In this document: positions 62,232-64,000 of the stretch, in pieces
Layout: each line of letters begins with the position of its first letter
Numbering within the stretch: position 1 is the first letter of the stretch
NCBI GenBank assembly: GCA_030390025.1
Contig: CM059433.1
Location: forward strand, 17,920,001-17,984,000
Length of the DNA: 64,000 nucleotides
Direction of reading: 5' to 3'
Source: Squalus acanthias
Lineage: Eukaryota
Position numbers and translations under genes: made by a program
Notes under the pieces: model-generated
Seen by the model: the letters and a program-made list of their open reading frames with translations, nothing else
Databases searched by the model: none
Told to the model about the DNA's origin: nothing

Positions 62232-64000
62232 GACATAGGATTACATAGGATATACGGCACAGAAACAGGCCATTCGGCCCAACCATAGAATCATAGAAGA
62301 TAGGAGCAGGAGTAGGCCATTCGGCCCCTCGAGCCTGCTCCGCCATTCAATGCGATCATGGCTGATCATCCAAATTCAGTACCCTGTCCCTGCTTTCTCC
62401 CCATATCCCTTGATCCCTTTAGCCTTAAGAAATATATCCAACTCCTTCTTGAATCTAGTTAATGAATTGGCCTCTACTACCTTCTGTGGCAGAGAATTCC
62501 ACAGGTTCACCACTCTCTGGGTGAAGAAATTCTTCCTCATTTCTGTCCTAAATGGCTTACCCCTTATCCTTAGACTGTGACCCTGGTTCTGGACTCCCCG
62601 ACCATCGGGAACATCCTTCCTGCATCTAGTTTGTCCTGTCCTGTCAGAATTTTATAAGTTTCAATGAGATCCCCTCTCATTCTTCTAAACTCCAGCGAGT
62701 ATAAGCCCAATCGACCCAATCTCTCTCCATACATCATTCCTGCCATCCCAGGTATCAGCCTTGTGAATCTTCGCTGAACTCCTTCCATGGCAAGAACATC
62801 CTTCCTCAGATAAGGCAACCAAAACTGCACACAATACTCAAGGTGTGGTCTCACCAAGGCCCTGTATAACTGCAGCAAGACATCCTTGTTCCTGTACTCA
62901 AACCCTCTCGCTATGAAGGCCAACATACCATTTGCCTTCTTAACCGCCTGCTGCACCTGCATGCTTACCTTCAGCGACTGGTGCACAATGACACCCAGGT
63001 CTCGTTGCACTTCCCCTTCTCCCAATCTCTTGCCATTCAGATAATAATCTGCCTTTCTGTTTTTGACACCAAAGTGGATAACCTCGCATTTATCCACGTT
63101 ATACCAGTCCATGCCGGCGTTTATGCTCCACACGAGCCTCCTCCTGTCTTTCCTCATCTAAATCTATCAGCATAACCCTCTATTCCCTTCTCCCTCATAT
63201 GCTTGTCTAGCCTCCCCTTAAATGCATCTATACTATTCGCTTCAACCACTCCCTGTGGTACCCTATTATGGGGTACCTTATCGAAGGCCTTTTGAAAATC
63301 CAGATAAATTACATCTACTGCATTACCATTGTCTACTCTCTCTGTTACCTCTTCAAAAAATTCAATATGGTTGGTCAAACAAGACTTTCCCTTTTGAAAT
63401 CCATGTTGACTATTCATTATTATATTTTTGGTTTCTAGATGTTCTTCTATTTTCTCCTTGAGTAGGGATTCCATTATTTTTCTTACTACCGATGTTAAGC
63501 TGACTGGTCTATAATTCCCTGGACATGTTCTATCCCACTTCTTAAATATCGGTATTACATTAGCTATCTGCCAGTCCTCTGGCACTACACCTTTTTCTAA
63601 TGAATTATTAAATATGCATCTGCCTCTGCTATCTCTTCCCTAGATTCTTTTAAAATGCATAGATGCAATCCATCCGGACCAGGGGTTTTTATCTTCTTTG
63701 AGTTTGATTAATTTATTTAATATATCCCCTTTTTTATTTTAAATGCACTTATCTCATTACTAATCTCATCATCCAATGTCATGTCCACCTGTTCTATCTC
63801 CCTGGTAAATACTGAAGCAAAATAATTATTTAATATTTCTGCCATCTCTCTATCGTTACCTGTGGTATTGTCCTGTCTATCCCTTAATGGCCCTATTCCC
63901 ATCTCAACCTTCTTTTTTTATTGATGTGCCTATAAAATATTTTACTATTTTGTTTTATGTTCCTTGATAATTTAATTTCATAATTGTTTTTTTGACTTCT
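62232..64000 (-). mobile_element. Stack of nested or adjacent CR1 fragments (62232-62283; 62284-63100; about 63100-63260; 63260 to window end)
   Basis: RT C-terminal ORF at 62570-63100, 3' UTR piece at 63100-63260, and RT N-terminal motifs PEDWQIANVIPIFKK..NYRPVSLTS..YLDFQKAFDKVPH. Confidence 0.9.

Noticed and set aside
46835..64000. Next constitutive DLGAP2 exon (expected proline-rich KKTPPPVPPR segment)
   Set aside because: Not found by eye; it probably lies beyond the window.

Overview
Eukaryotic, repeat-rich vertebrate DNA, very probably from a shark (inferred from HE1-like V-SINE, SacSINE1-like DeuSINE and the CR1 families present). The window lies inside the synaptic scaffold gene DLGAP2 (SAPAP2) on the + strand. 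It holds three phase-compatible internal coding exons (7499-7704, 31660-31807, 36167-36386) and a candidate extra 105-nt symmetric cassette exon (46730-46834); neither end of the gene is in the window. The introns are filled with CR1, L2, RTE and other non-LTR fragments, SINEs, a solo LTR, a Tc1/mariner-type MITE, minisatellites, Penelope-like fragments carrying minimal hammerhead ribozymes, and about 18 PIF/Harbinger elements. The Harbinger set includes MITEs, Myb/SANT-bearing deletion derivatives and one decayed transposase. Most notable: (i) the Harbinger insertions share a 13-bp palindromic target (GAnWY-NWW-RWnTC), and two different MITEs hit the same nucleotide of two CR1 copies; (ii) two hammerhead cores lie on the DLGAP2 sense strand; (iii) the candidate exon; (iv) multi-level TE nesting and unusual 5' junctions. 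All calls were made by eye, and family names need confirmation by database search.
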